Shown here one piece after another: positions 29,783 to 40,031 of a stretch of 64,000 bases of DNA (position 1 is its first letter; each line of letters starts with the position of its first letter). Below the pieces are notes generated by a model. That model ran no database searches. It was given only the letters and a program-made list of their open reading frames with translations, and was not told the DNA's origin. Source of the stretch: Acidobacteriota bacterium (GTDB lineage Bacteria > Acidobacteriota > Vicinamibacteria > Vicinamibacterales > UBA2999); assembly GCA_016789705.1 (NCBI GenBank), contig JAEUQR010000158.1:6550-70549 (forward strand), written 5' to 3'. Made by a program: the position numbers and the translations under genes.

Positions 29783-31867
29783 GTGCATCACCCGCATCGC
29801 GTCTCCCCCCACGTCCTCGTGCTGCTGGCGAGCGCGTGGCTGCTTGCCGCCGCCGCCGGCCCGCGGGCGCAGGAACCCCGCTTCCGCGGCGGGGCCAACC
29901 TCGTGCGCCTCGACGTCTACGCGACGATGAACGGGACGGCCCTCACGGATCTGACCGCGGCGGACTTCGAGGTCTTCGAGGACAACGCGCCGCAGACCGT
30001 GTCGTCGTTCGAGTTCGTGCATGCCCGCGGGCCGGCGCCGGCAGCCGCGCCTACCGAGCCGAACTCGGTCGGCGAGATGCGCTCGCGCGCGTCGCAGCCC
30101 GATGCCCGCGCGTTCGTGCTCTTCCTCGACACGCTGCACGTGCAGGTCGAGGGCTCGTACCACGCCGCCAACCCGGTGGCGGGACTGCTCGAACGCATCA
30201 TCGGCGCCGATGACCTCATCGGCGTGATGACGCCGGAGATGTCGGCCCGCAACATGACCTTCTCGCCGCGCACCGGCCCGGTGGGCGACCTGCTGCGTGC
30301 CAACTGGACCTGGGGCGAACGCGGCGCCGTGACGCCGACCGATCCGCGCGAGAACGACCTCAGGCTCTGTTATCCGGACGCCTTCGGCGAGGCCGGCATC
30401 GCGAAGGCCGTGATCGAGCGGCGCCGCGAACAGAAGGTGCTGCGCGCGCTCGAAGACCTCATCAATCATCTCGAAGGCTTGCGCGACGAGCGCACGTTCG
30501 TCCTGCTGCTCACGGAAGGCTGGACGCTGCCGCGCGCTGACGAGCAGCTCGCGCGCCCGCTCGAGGGAGCGCCCGTGCCAGGCAGTCCCGCACCGATTGG
30601 TGTGACCGCAAATGGGCGGCTGAGCGCGGCCAACTCCGATGCCTCGCTCATCGTGTCGTGTGATCGGGAGCGCTCTCTGCTGGCGCTGGCCGATCTGACA
30701 ATGGAATTCGAGCAGCTCATGCAGCGCGCCAATCGCGCCAACGTGAGCTTCTATCCGATCGATCCGCGCGGCCTTGTCGTGTTCGACGATCCAATCGGTC
30801 CGGTGCGCCCGGCGCCGATGGCACTCGATCGAGAGCGGCTCACCGCCCGCCAGAACGCGCTGCGGCGCGTCGCCGACGAGACCGACGGCGTCGTCGTGCT
30901 CAACACGGCGATCGACAAGGCGCTGCCGCGCCTCATGACCGACATCGGCTCCTACTACCTGCTCGGCTACGTCTCGACCAACACGAAACTCGACGGGCGG
31001 TACCGCCGGCTGACGGTGCGCGTGAAGCGGCCCGGTGTCACCGTGCGCGCGCGGCCCGGGTATCTCGCGCCGTCGGCGGCGGAGATGGCCGCGGCACAGG
31101 CGCCGGCCGCTTCGGGCAGCGGCCGCTCAGCGACGCCCGCGGCATCGGCCTCGATCACCGACGCGCTGTCGCGGTTGCCGGTGAGCCGCCGGCCACCGGC
31201 CATACATCTGCAGGCCTCGGGCGGGCCGGGCGGCCTGGCCGTCACCATGGAACTCGACCGCGTGACCGCGGCCTTGCCCGACTGGGCGAAGGGCGGACGC
31301 CTCGCCGTGGCGGTGGAGCCGGCGGATCGCGGCGCCGGCGCGCGCGTCCACGTGACGACCGCGCTCGCCGCCGGCAGGCGCGTCGGCACCGTGCGGCTGC
31401 CGGAGGGCGACGGCACGGCGCTGGCACCCGGCCGCTATCAGGTGCGCGTCGAAGCGCTGGCGGAGGGGGCGCGCACACCGGTCGTCGTCTCGACCACGGT
31501 GGACGTGCCGGCCGGCACCGCGCTCCTCGGCTCGGCGCTGCTGGCGACGCGCCGCGGGCCGGGGACCGGCCGCTCCTTCGAACCTACGGCCGACTCGCGG
31601 TTCCGGCGCATCGAGCGCCTGCAGGCCGAGGTGGCGCGCATCGATGCCGCGGCCGCCGTGACCGGGCGTCTTCTGAACCGGGCCGGTCAGGTGATGCAGG
31701 TGCCGGTGGCCATCAGCGAGCGGCCGGCGTCCGGCGCGCAGCCGGCGACCATCGTGGCCGAGATCAGCCTGGCGCCGCTCGCCGCCGGCGAGTACGTGCT
31801 CGAACTCACCGCCACGAGCGGCGAGCGCAGCGAATCGCGCACCTACGCGATTCGCATGGTGCCTTAG
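29783..31867 (+). CDS. Secreted VWFA-related (Acidobacterial-type) domain protein
   Basis: FRGGANLVRLDV, DFEVFED, YPIDPRGL, YYLLGYVSTN, ARPGY; start approximate. Confidence 0.82.
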   Translation: MHHPHRVSPHVLVLLASAWLLAAAAGPRAQEPRFRGGANLVRLDVYATMNGTALTDLTAADFEVFEDNAPQTVSSFEFVHARGPAPAAAPTEPNSVGEMRSRASQPDARAFVLFLDTLHVQVEGSYHAANPVAGLLERIIGADDLIGVMTPEMSARNMTFSPRTGPVGDLLRANWTWGERGAVTPTDPRENDLRLCYPDAFGEAGIAKAVIERRREQKVLRALEDLINHLEGLRDERTFVLLLTEGWTLPRADEQLARPLEGAPVPGSPAPIGVTANGRLSAANSDASLIVSCDRERSLLALADLTMEFEQLMQRANRANVSFYPIDPRGLVVFDDPIGPVRPAPMALDRERLTARQNALRRVADETDGVVVLNTAIDKALPRLMTDIGSYYLLGYVSTNTKLDGRYRRLTVRVKRPGVTVRARPGYLAPSAAEMAAAQAPAASGSGRSATPAASASITDALSRLPVSRRPPAIHLQASGGPGGLAVTMELDRVTAALPDWAKGGRLAVAVEPADRGAGARVHVTTALAAGRRVGTVRLPEGDGTALAPGRYQVRVEALAEGARTPVVVSTTVDVPAGTALLGSALLATRRGPGTGRSFEPTADSRFRRIERLQAEVARIDAAAAVTGRLLNRAGQVMQVPVAISERPASGAQPATIVAEISLAPLAAGEYVLELTATSGERSESRTYAIRMVP

Positions 31868-33861
31868 TCCACCGTGCGCTGGCCGGCGCGCGCCAGGATC
31901 ACGGCGAGCATCAGGAACAGGCCGGCGCCGAAGAGGTGGCCCGACGCGCCTTCCGCGTGCAGGAAGGGGAGCGCGTTGCCCACGGCCTGCAGCGACGACA
32001 GGACCTGATACCCCTGCTGTTCGAGGCCGACCAGCACCGCGAACAGGATGCCGGCGAGCGAGCCGCCGGCGATGAGGCCGGAGCTGAAGAGTGTGCCGGC
32101 GCTGATGTCGGAATCCTGCGTGACGCCGGTCTTCCGTTCCACGAACCAGCGCACGAGACCCCCGATGAAGATCGGCGCGGTCGTCGCGATCGGCAGGTAG
32201 GCGCCCACCGCGAACGACAGCGAGTGGATGCCGCAGAGTTCGAGCGTCACGGCGATGAAGACGCCGACGAGCACGAGGCCCCATGGCAGGTTCTGCGAGA
32301 GCAGGCCCTGGATGAGCGTGGCCATGAGCGTCGCCTGCGGCGCCGCCACGTCTTTCGAGCCGATGCCGAACACCTGGTGCATGTAGAGCACCGTCAGTCC
32401 GATGATGAAGGCCGACGTCACGACGCCGATGGCGAGCCCGAGCTGCTGGTAGTAGGGCGTGGCGCCCACGAGATAGCCGGTCTTGAGGTCCTGCGACGTG
32501 TTGCCGGCATTCGCCGCCGCGATGCAGACGATGGCGCCCACCGCAAGGGCCACCGGCGCGTAGACATCACCTGTCCAGCCGAGCGTCACGAAGATGAGGC
32601 ACGTGATGATGAGCGTGGCGATGGTCATGCCCGAAATCGGGTTCGACGAACTGCCGATGAGCCCGGTGATGCGCGAGGCCACGGTGGCGAAGAAGAAGCC
32701 GAAGAGCACGATCAGGATCGAGACGAGCACGTTGCCCTGCGTCGGCAGGCCCGGCGTCACCGCAAGGAACACGGCCAGCAGCAGTGAGCCGACGAGCACA
32801 ACCATGATCGGCATGTCGCGTTCGGTGCGCAGCGGCGCCGCGCCGGTCGAGGCGCCGAAGCCCTTCAGTCCGTCGCGGGCCGACGCGACGATCGTCGGCA
32901 GCGTGCGGGCGAGCGTGATGAGCCCGGCGGCCAGCACGGCGCCGGCGCCGATGTAGCGGATGTAGGCGCTCCAGATCTGGCCGGGGCCCATCTCCGAGAT
33001 GAGGAACGGCTGGCCGGTGGCCGGGTTGTTCGCGAAGTTCGGATGGATCGGCGGGAACGGCGCCGGAATGGCCGCGCCGAGCAGCGACAGGAGCGGCAGC
33101 AGCACGAGCCACGACAACACGCCGCCGGCGAACATGGTGCCGGCGATGCGCGGGCCGATGACGTAGCCGACGCCCATGTACTCGGGCGAGATGTCGACGT
33201 TGAGCGTGGCGTTCGGGAACTGGCTCGACCGCGGCATCGAGTAGCCGACTTCCGCGAGGAAGAGATTGAAGATGCCGGAGAGGGACTTCCAGAGCGCGCC
33301 GATGCCGAGGCCGCCGAACACCAGGCTCGCCAGCTTGCCGCCGCGTTCACCGGCGACGAGCACTTCCGCGCAGGCCGTGCCTTCGGGGTAGGGGAGCACG
33401 CCGTGTTCCTTGACGATGAGCGCGCGGCGCAGCGGCACCATCATCAGCACGCCGAGGATGCCGCCGGCGAACGCCAGCATCGTGATCTGCGTGTAGCTGA
33501 AGTATTTCGGCCCCTCGGGGACGAGGAAGATGAGGGCCGGGATGGTGAACACCACCCCGCCGGCCACCGATTCGCCGGCCGAGCCGATCGTCTGCACGAT
33601 GTTGTTCTCGAGGATGGTCGAACCCCCGAACCGCTTCAGCACCGAGATGGCGAGCACGGCAATCGGAATCGATGCCGAGACCGTGAGCCCGGCCCTGAGG
33701 CCCAGATAGACCGTGGAGGCGCCGAAGAGCAGGCCGAAGAGCACGCCGAGGATGATGGCCTTGGCGGTGAACTCGGCCATCGACTGGCTGGCAGGCACGT
33801 AGGGCGTGAACACCTTCGGGGCGGCGGCGCCCGGTCCGGGCGGCGTGGAGGTTTGAGCCAT
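31864..33861 (-). CDS. OPT family oligopeptide transporter
   Basis: YLGLRAGLTVSASIP, ENNIVQT, YPEGTAC, SSNPISG, QDLKTG, APQATLM. Confidence 0.93.
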   Translation of the reverse strand: MAQTSTPPGPGAAAPKVFTPYVPASQSMAEFTAKAIILGVLFGLLFGASTVYLGLRAGLTVSASIPIAVLAISVLKRFGGSTILENNIVQTIGSAGESVAGGVVFTIPALIFLVPEGPKYFSYTQITMLAFAGGILGVLMMVPLRRALIVKEHGVLPYPEGTACAEVLVAGERGGKLASLVFGGLGIGALWKSLSGIFNLFLAEVGYSMPRSSQFPNATLNVDISPEYMGVGYVIGPRIAGTMFAGGVLSWLVLLPLLSLLGAAIPAPFPPIHPNFANNPATGQPFLISEMGPGQIWSAYIRYIGAGAVLAAGLITLARTLPTIVASARDGLKGFGASTGAAPLRTERDMPIMVVLVGSLLLAVFLAVTPGLPTQGNVLVSILIVLFGFFFATVASRITGLIGSSSNPISGMTIATLIITCLIFVTLGWTGDVYAPVALAVGAIVCIAAANAGNTSQDLKTGYLVGATPYYQQLGLAIGVVTSAFIIGLTVLYMHQVFGIGSKDVAAPQATLMATLIQGLLSQNLPWGLVLVGVFIAVTLELCGIHSLSFAVGAYLPIATTAPIFIGGLVRWFVERKTGVTQDSDISAGTLFSSGLIAGGSLAGILFAVLVGLEQQGYQVLSSLQAVGNALPFLHAEGASGHLFGAGLFLMLAVILARAGQRTVD

Positions 33862-33942
33862 AGGCCGGGATGGTAACGCAGGACCGGCAGGGGGCCGTGA
33901 GGCTTTACCGGCTTGACCCTTTGCCGTATCCTGACGAGGCTT

Positions 33943-34608
33943 GTGAATTCGAAGAACAAGCGGAAGGCCGCCGCCGAGCAGGTGTCGGAACTCACGACAG
34001 GCCGCCTCTCCGTCTATCTCCGCTGCCTCAACCAGCTCGAAGCCGACGGGGTCGAGACCATCTCGTCCCAGACGCTGGCCGAGCGCTTTCACCTGAACGC
34101 CGCCCAGATCCGCAAGGACCTGGCGTATTTCGGCGAATTCGGCGTGCGTGGCGTCGGCTATTACGTCAAGGATCTGAAACTGCACCTGCGGCAGATCCTC
34201 GGCCTCGACCGCCGCCTGAAGGTGGCAGTGATGGGCGCCGGCAATCTCGGCATGGCCCTCGCCGATTACCCGGGGTTCCGCCGCGAAGGTTTCGAGATCG
34301 TCGCCATGTTCGACAGCGCCGATGGCAAGATCGGCGACGAGTCGCGAGGGGGCGTGCCGATCTACGACGTGCGTGACATCCGCAAGGTGCTGAAGAAGGA
34401 GCGGGTCGACATCGTCGTGCTGGCGGTGCCGGCCGAGGCCGCCCAGCACGTGCTCGACCAGGTGGCCGGCAGCGGCGTGAAGGCCGTGCTCAACTTCTCC
34501 CCCGGCACGCTGCGCGTGCCGGAAGGCATCAAGCTCAAGAGCGTCGACCTGACCGTCTCGCTCGAGAGCCTTTCGTTCTACCTGGCGCAGGGCGACCCCA
34601 CGTCCTGA
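33943..34608 (+). CDS. rex: Redox-sensing transcriptional repressor Rex
   Basis: RLSVYLR, QIRKDLAYFGEFGVRGVGY, GAGNLG Rossmann motif, LNFSP. Confidence 0.95.
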   Translation: MNSKNKRKAAAEQVSELTTGRLSVYLRCLNQLEADGVETISSQTLAERFHLNAAQIRKDLAYFGEFGVRGVGYYVKDLKLHLRQILGLDRRLKVAVMGAGNLGMALADYPGFRREGFEIVAMFDSADGKIGDESRGGVPIYDVRDIRKVLKKERVDIVVLAVPAEAAQHVLDQVAGSGVKAVLNFSPGTLRVPEGIKLKSVDLTVSLESLSFYLAQGDPTS

Positions 34609-34629
34609 CCGCCGCCCCGAGGAGGGCGC

Positions 34630-35136
34630 ATGCCGATACCCGCGCGACTGACCCACGCTGATGCCGACGGCCGCCTGCGCATGGTGGACGTCGGCGCCAA
34701 GGCCGTGACCGAACGCGAGGCCGTGGCGTCGGGCCACGTCGCCCTCGCGGCCGCGACCCGGCGCGCGGTGCGCGGCGGGCGGCTGAAGAAGGGCGATCCG
34801 CTGCAGGCGGCGCGGCTGGCCGGCGTGATGGCCGCCAAGCGCACGTCCGATCTCATCCCGCTCTGCCATCCGCTGGTGCTCACCGGCATCGACGTGGAGC
34901 TCTCGCACACGCCGCGCGGCATCGGCATCCGCGCCGCCGTGCGCACCCAGGGACAGACCGGCGTCGAGATGGAGGCGCTGGCCGCCGTGTCGGTCGCCGC
35001 GCTCACCGTCTACGACATGCTCAAGGCCATCGACAAGGAGATGGTGATCGAGGACGTGCGGCTCGAGGAAAAGCGCGGCGGGCGCTCCGGCCACTACCGG
35101 CGTGTGACACGCCCGGCACGGAGCCGCACGCGGTGA
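34630..35136 (+). CDS. moaC: Cyclic pyranopterin monophosphate synthase
   Basis: [33 protein letters not shown]. Confidence 0.96.
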   Translation: MPIPARLTHADADGRLRMVDVGAKAVTEREAVASGHVALAAATRRAVRGGRLKKGDPLQAARLAGVMAAKRTSDLIPLCHPLVLTGIDVELSHTPRGIGIRAAVRTQGQTGVEMEALAAVSVAALTVYDMLKAIDKEMVIEDVRLEEKRGGRSGHYRRVTRPARSRTR

Positions 35137-36116
35137 CGATCCTCGTCTCGATCCAGCAGCCCGTCGCCGCCTGGCAGATTCCGGCGGCGGCCGTCGAGCG
35201 TCTGCGCGCCCACTGTCCGCAGCACACGTTCCTCCACGCCACGACGCCCGAGGCGCGCGCCGAAGGCCTGCGCGTGTGCGACGTCGCCTTCACGTGGGTG
35301 CTGACGCCGCCCGAACTCGCCACCGCCGAGCGTCTGACCTGGCTGCATTCGTCGGCGGTGGCCGTCGGCACGTTGTGCCTGCCGGAACTCGCCGCGCGCG
35401 GCATCGTCGTGTCGAACTCCCGGCAGATCCAGTCCACGCCGATTGCCGAACACGTGCTGGCGTCGCTGCTGGCCCTCACGCGGCGCCTGTCGCTTGCCTT
35501 CGAGCGGCAGCAGCAGGCCGCGTGGGCGCAGAACGAGTTCACCGGCACGCAGTTGCCGACGGTGCTGCGCGGGCAATGCCTGGGTGTCGTCGGCCTCGGG
35601 TCCATCGGCGCCGAAGTGGCGCGGCTCGCCGCGGCGTTCGGCATGGAGGTCGTCGGCGTGCGGCGCGATCCCACGCGTGGCGCGCCGCCCGGCGTGTCAC
35701 GCGTGTGGAGCCCCGAGAGCCTCGACGAGATGCTCGCGGTGGCGGATGTCGTCGTCATCGCCGCGCCGCTCACGGCCGCGACCGACGCCCTCTTCGACAA
35801 GGCGCGGATCGCGCGGATGCGTCGCGGCGCGCGGCTCGTGAACGTCGCGCGCGGTCAGCTCGTGGACACGATGGCGCTCGTCGACGCCCTCACGAGCGGG
35901 CACCTGGCCGGCGCCGCGCTCGACGTCTTCCACGAAGAGCCGCTGCCGGCGTCGCATCCGATCTGGCGCGCGCCGAACGCCGTGCTCACGCCGCACACGT
36001 CGGGCTTCCGCCCCGATCACTGGTTCGACGTCGTCGATCTCTTCGCCGGGAACATCCGCCGCCGGGAGGCAGGCGAGCCCGTGCACTGGCAGGTCGATCT
36101 CGCGCGTGGCTACTGA
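35133..36116 (+). CDS. D-2-hydroxyacid dehydrogenase
   Basis: GLGSIG, NVARG, LDVF.EEPLP, TPHTS. Confidence 0.9.
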   Translation: MTILVSIQQPVAAWQIPAAAVERLRAHCPQHTFLHATTPEARAEGLRVCDVAFTWVLTPPELATAERLTWLHSSAVAVGTLCLPELAARGIVVSNSRQIQSTPIAEHVLASLLALTRRLSLAFERQQQAAWAQNEFTGTQLPTVLRGQCLGVVGLGSIGAEVARLAAAFGMEVVGVRRDPTRGAPPGVSRVWSPESLDEMLAVADVVVIAAPLTAATDALFDKARIARMRRGARLVNVARGQLVDTMALVDALTSGHLAGAALDVFHEEPLPASHPIWRAPNAVLTPHTSGFRPDHWFDVVDLFAGNIRRREAGEPVHWQVDLARGY

Positions 36117-37164
36117 GGCGCGGCCGGCCTACGCGCCGCATCTCGACGGCCTGCGGGCGGTGTCGGTGGCGGCCGTCGCCTGGTCGCACTGGATGCCGGC
36201 GTGGCAGTTCGGCCTGCCGTTCGGCGCCGGCGTGCACCTGTTCTTCGTCCTGAGCGGCTTCCTCATCACGCGCATCCTGCTCGGCCTGCGCGACGCCCCG
36301 GAGCGCGGATCGGCCGTGGGCCGCTTCTATATGCGGCGCGCGCTCCGTCTCTTTCCGGCGTTCTACGTCGTGCTCGCGGCCGCGTGGGCGGCGGACGTGC
36401 CACTCGCCGCCACCACGTGGGCGTGGCACGCGGCGTACCTCTCGAACGCCTACATCGCCTGGCAGGGGGTGTGGCAGGGCCACTTCAGCCACTTCTGGTC
36501 GCTCGCGGTGGAAGAGCAGTTCTATCTGCTGTGGCCGTGGGCGGTCGTGTGGCTGCCGTCGGCGCGCCTGCCGTGGCTCTTCGCGGCGACGGTGCTGCTC
36601 GGGCCGGTCGCGCGTCTCGTGGCCGACGCCCGCGAACTCGGCGAGCCGTTCTGGGCCCTCGTGCCGGGCGGCAGCGCCGACTCGCTCGGGCTCGGCGCGC
36701 TCATCGCGTGGCTGGCGTGGGCGGCATCGCCCCAATCGGCCTCCCGCGTGTGGCCGCGCGCCGGCGCCTGTGGACTCGTCGTGTGGCTCACGCTCGCCCT
36801 GCCCGAATGGCTCGGTCATGCGTTGCCATCGTGGCTGACCGTGTGGCGTCAGGTGGCGCAGGGGCTCGTGTTCGCGTGGATCGTGTGGCGCGGGATCGCA
36901 GGATGGCCGGGCGTCGTCGGGCGCGTGCTCGGGCATCCCGCGGTCGTGGCGATGGGCCGCATCAGTTACGGCATCTATCTCGTGCATCCGTTTGCGCCGG
37001 TCGTGCTCGACGCCGCTCTCGCTGCCGCCGGCTGGCCATCGGCGATGGCGTTCGTCCCGCTGTGGCGGGCCGCGCTGTCGTGGGGCGTGACACTGGCGCT
37101 CGCGACGGTGCTCTGGCACGTGGTGGAGGCGCCGTGGCATCGCCTGAAGGCGCGCCTCGCGTGA
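36106..37164 (+). CDS. Acyltransferase family 3 (OafA-like) membrane protein
   Basis: LDGLRA, FFVLSGFLIT, HFWSLAVEEQFY, GRISYGIYL. Confidence 0.9.
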   Translation: MATEARPAYAPHLDGLRAVSVAAVAWSHWMPAWQFGLPFGAGVHLFFVLSGFLITRILLGLRDAPERGSAVGRFYMRRALRLFPAFYVVLAAAWAADVPLAATTWAWHAAYLSNAYIAWQGVWQGHFSHFWSLAVEEQFYLLWPWAVVWLPSARLPWLFAATVLLGPVARLVADARELGEPFWALVPGGSADSLGLGALIAWLAWAASPQSASRVWPRAGACGLVVWLTLALPEWLGHALPSWLTVWRQVAQGLVFAWIVWRGIAGWPGVVGRVLGHPAVVAMGRISYGIYLVHPFAPVVLDAALAAAGWPSAMAFVPLWRAALSWGVTLALATVLWHVVEAPWHRLKARLA

Positions 37165-37284
37165 ATTCGACTGGCGTCGACGACGCGTAGACCGCGCCCG
37201 GCCGGGCCAGGTGCCGCCGTTCGCGGCGACACTCGTCCCCGCCGCCTGCGCCGTGATAGCGTTCGGCCGTCAGGAGGACGCGTG

Positions 37285-37728
37285 ATGGAACGGCGAGACG
37301 TATTGCAGGCGGGCGTGGCGGTGATCGTGGGTGCGGCCATGCCGCGGCGGGCCCTGGCGGCCCAGGCGCGTCCGGGCACGACCTCGCGGCCCCTGGGCGC
37401 GCATCCGCTCGGTGCGGCATTCGCGGGCTTTCAGGGCACGATGCTCGAGGTGACGTATCCGCCGGGAGCAGAGTCCGCCGCGCATCAGCATCCGGGCCCG
37501 ACCTTCGGGTATGTCGTGCGCGGGAAAATCCGCTGGGCCATCAACGGTGAGCCGGCGAAGGTGCTCGAGGCGGGGCAGTCGTTCTTCGAGCCGATGGGCT
37601 CGGTGCACAGCACGTCGGCGAACGCGAGCGAGACCGAACCGGCCGTGATTTCCGTCGTGATTCTCGGCAAGCCCGGGGAGGCGCTGTCGAAGCCGGCGGC
37701 GAAGCCCGGCGACGACGCCGCGCGCTGA
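37285..37728 (+). CDS. Cupin domain protein with Tat-like signal
   Basis: ERRDVL twin-arginine; HQHPG and FFEP...H cupin motifs; AGGAGG SD. Confidence 0.85.
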   Translation: MERRDVLQAGVAVIVGAAMPRRALAAQARPGTTSRPLGAHPLGAAFAGFQGTMLEVTYPPGAESAAHQHPGPTFGYVVRGKIRWAINGEPAKVLEAGQSFFEPMGSVHSTSANASETEPAVISVVILGKPGEALSKPAAKPGDDAAR

Positions 37729-37747
37729 CGTCTACGTTCAAAACGAG

Positions 37748-37782
37748 GCGGGAATGCGAGCCCCCACGGCCCGCATTCCCGC
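37748..37782. terminator. Inverted repeat between convergent genes
   Basis: GCGGGAATGCG / CGCATTCCCGC 11-bp stem. Confidence 0.6.
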
Positions 37783-37792
37783 ACGAGCGCGG

Positions 37793-38425
37793 CTACTCCG
37801 GATTGCTCTCGAAGCTCAGGCCGTTGCAGGCCGTCGCGGCGTCCACGAGCGGCAGCGTGGTCGAGTTGTTCGGGCGGTGGAGCTGCACGTTGCCGGCGCC
37901 GGGGCGCGCCGTGCCGAGGTCGCGCGTCGTCACCGTGTAGCCGTTGTCGAGCTTCAGGCCGAACTGATCGACGCCGCCGGGCTCGCCGTTGTCCATCAGC
38001 CGGGCGCGGAAGTAGACGTACTCAGGATCGTTGGGGTTGTTCGTGCTGGCGATGCCGCAGACGTCGCGCACCGGCTGGTCCACGCCGAACGGCGCGATGT
38101 AGGCCGTGACCTCCACGCTGTTCACGTGATACCCCGTCGAGTGATCGACGAAGTTCAGGTGGCCCCAGAAGTCGCCGTTCTTGCAGCCGCCGTGGGCGCC
38201 GAAGTTGGCCTTCTTGCCGGCGTCGGTGATGACATAGCCGCCGCTCGTCGTGAAGTCGCACGGGTCGGGCACCTGGTCGGCCATGCGGGCCTCGACCGTC
38301 ACGGGCGAGGTCATCGTGACGGCCAGCGGCGACAGGGCCAGCGTGGCGGCCGCGAGAATGCCCGCCGTGCCGAGCCGCGCGCGCCATGCCGAAGGAGCCT
38401 GCTGAGTGTTCCGTGCTGCGTTCAT
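37793..38425 (-). CDS. Secreted protein, post-COAP-1-like beta domain
   Basis: Signal peptide; DFTTSGG, ANFG, DNGEPG..DQF, GNVQLH motifs; four Cys. Confidence 0.7.
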   Translation of the reverse strand: MNAARNTQQAPSAWRARLGTAGILAAATLALSPLAVTMTSPVTVEARMADQVPDPCDFTTSGGYVITDAGKKANFGAHGGCKNGDFWGHLNFVDHSTGYHVNSVEVTAYIAPFGVDQPVRDVCGIASTNNPNDPEYVYFRARLMDNGEPGGVDQFGLKLDNGYTVTTRDLGTARPGAGNVQLHRPNNSTTLPLVDAATACNGLSFESNPE

Positions 38426-38487
38426 TGTTCGTGCCTCCGAATTCTGGTATCGAGTGCGGCGTCAGCCGCGGTGATACCAACCGGAGG

Positions 38488-38504
38488 AGCACGGACAGTG
38501 CCAG
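38488..38504 (-). promoter_or_regulatory. Putative sigma-54 promoter for the secreted protein gene
   Basis: CTGGCACTGTCCGTGCT, GG-N10-GC spacing. Confidence 0.5.
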
Positions 38505-38608
38505 CAGGCGACGGCGTGCAGCGGCGCGTCGCCGCGTGATCGAGGAGCGCCCGCCGCGCGGCAGTGAGGCGCGAATCCGTCAGCGCACCGCTGAAATCGA
38601 ACCGAGGC

Positions 38609-39376
38609 TCAGAACGTGCGCGCCTGCGGTACCGGCCACCAGCGCACCTGGACCTTGCCGACGATGTAGCGCTTGGGGACGAAGCCGAAGTGGCGGCTGT
38701 CCTGGCTGTTGTTCCGGTGGTCGCCCATCACGAAGTAGTGGCCCTGCGGGATCACCTGCGGGCCCCAGTCGTCGTGGCTCTGATATTCCACGGGCACGTA
38801 CTCGCTCGGCATCGGCACGTCGTTCACGTAGACGCGGCCATCGACGATGCGCACCTGATCGCCTTCCTCGGCGATGACACGCTTCACGAACATCTTGTCG
38901 GGGTCGAGCGGGTAGTAGAGCATCACGATGTCGCCGCGGCGCGGATCCGACATCCGGTAGATCAGCTTGTTGACGATGAGGCGGTCCTGATCGTCGAGCG
39001 TGGGGGCCATGCTGAGGCCCTCGACGCGCGCCACCTGGAACACGAACGTCACGATGACGATGGCGTAGAGGGCGGCCGAGGCCAGCGTCTTCATCCACGC
39101 CCAGAATTCCTCCTGCCAGGCAGCGAGGCGGTCGGACCGCGTGGGTGCGGCGGCGACCGGCGTGAAGGCGCCGGGGTGGTGGTGGCCGGGCGGCGGGGCG
39201 TCGAAGCCCGGAAGCGGCACGGCCGTGTAGGCGTCGGCCGGTGCCGCGTCCATCTCCATCCGCGCGGCGAGCGGGGCGGCCGGCGCGGGAGCCGGCTCGA
39301 CCGCGGCCTCGGGGCCAGGAACGGGGAGCTCGGGCGTCACGGGCGCGTCGGCGTCGGCTCGGTCGGGCTGATCCAC
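38609..39376 (-). CDS. lepB: Signal peptidase I
   Basis: GLSMAPTL (Ser), FVKRVI (Lys), GDHRNNSQDSRHFG; GAGGAG SD before GTG 39376. Confidence 0.93.
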   Translation of the reverse strand: MDQPDRADADAPVTPELPVPGPEAAVEPAPAPAAPLAARMEMDAAPADAYTAVPLPGFDAPPPGHHHPGAFTPVAAAPTRSDRLAAWQEEFWAWMKTLASAALYAIVIVTFVFQVARVEGLSMAPTLDDQDRLIVNKLIYRMSDPRRGDIVMLYYPLDPDKMFVKRVIAEEGDQVRIVDGRVYVNDVPMPSEYVPVEYQSHDDWGPQVIPQGHYFVMGDHRNNSQDSRHFGFVPKRYIVGKVQVRWWPVPQARTF

Positions 39377-39550
39377 GGGGTGGGCTCCTCGATTACCTAA
39401 TACGGTCGTGGCGGGCGCCGCGTTTCCCCGGCGCCCGGCCATTCCATGGTAACCGAACCCCCGGCCCGGGACCGGAACCGCCCGGCCCTGCGCGCCGATG
39501 CTACAATTGCCAAGGTACGGGGCCCGGTTCTGCCTCGTCAGGGGAGCGGC

Positions 39551-39997
39551 ATGATTCGCCCGTTGGTCAACGGTTTCGCGCTGACGTTCAAGCACCTGTT
39601 CCGGAAGCCCATCACGGTGGACTATCCGAACCAGAAAGTGCCGATGTTCCCGCGCTATCGCGGCAAGCAGGTGCTGATGCGCGACGAGCACGGCATGGAG
39701 AAGTGCGTGGCCTGCGGCCTGTGCTCCGTGGCCTGCCCGGCCGACGCCATCTACCTCGAGGCCGCCGAGAACGACGGCACCGTCATGGCCGGCCCCCGCT
39801 ACGCGGCCGTGTATCAGATCCACAAGACCCGCTGCATCTTCTGTGGCTACTGCGAGGAAGCCTGCCCCGTCTCGGCCATCTTCATGGGCAAGGACTACGA
39901 GCTGGCCGTCTACAGCAAGGACGACTTCGTGTGGGACAAGACGGAGCTCCTCGTGCCGGCGCCCGCGGGCGTCTCGGCGCCGCAGTCGGTCCGATAG
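39551..39997 (+). CDS. nuoI: NADH-quinone oxidoreductase subunit I
   Basis: CVACGLCSVACP and CIFCGYCEEACP 2x[4Fe-4S]; upstream TGcTACAAT at 39499-39507. Confidence 0.93.
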   Translation: MIRPLVNGFALTFKHLFRKPITVDYPNQKVPMFPRYRGKQVLMRDEHGMEKCVACGLCSVACPADAIYLEAAENDGTVMAGPRYAAVYQIHKTRCIFCGYCEEACPVSAIFMGKDYELAVYSKDDFVWDKTELLVPAPAGVSAPQSVR

Positions 39998-40031
39998 GCG
40001 GCACCGCGCCGGCTGACGCCGCCGCATCCTG

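Noticed and set aside
31864-35094. Apparent 1076-aa OPT fusion; likewise the 721-aa lepB, 1286-aa TPR and 810-aa MutS ORFs
   Set aside because: N-terminal extensions are stop-free frames overlapping other real genes (rex/moaC, nuoI/YitJ-like, GT-C, methyltransferase); starts were trimmed
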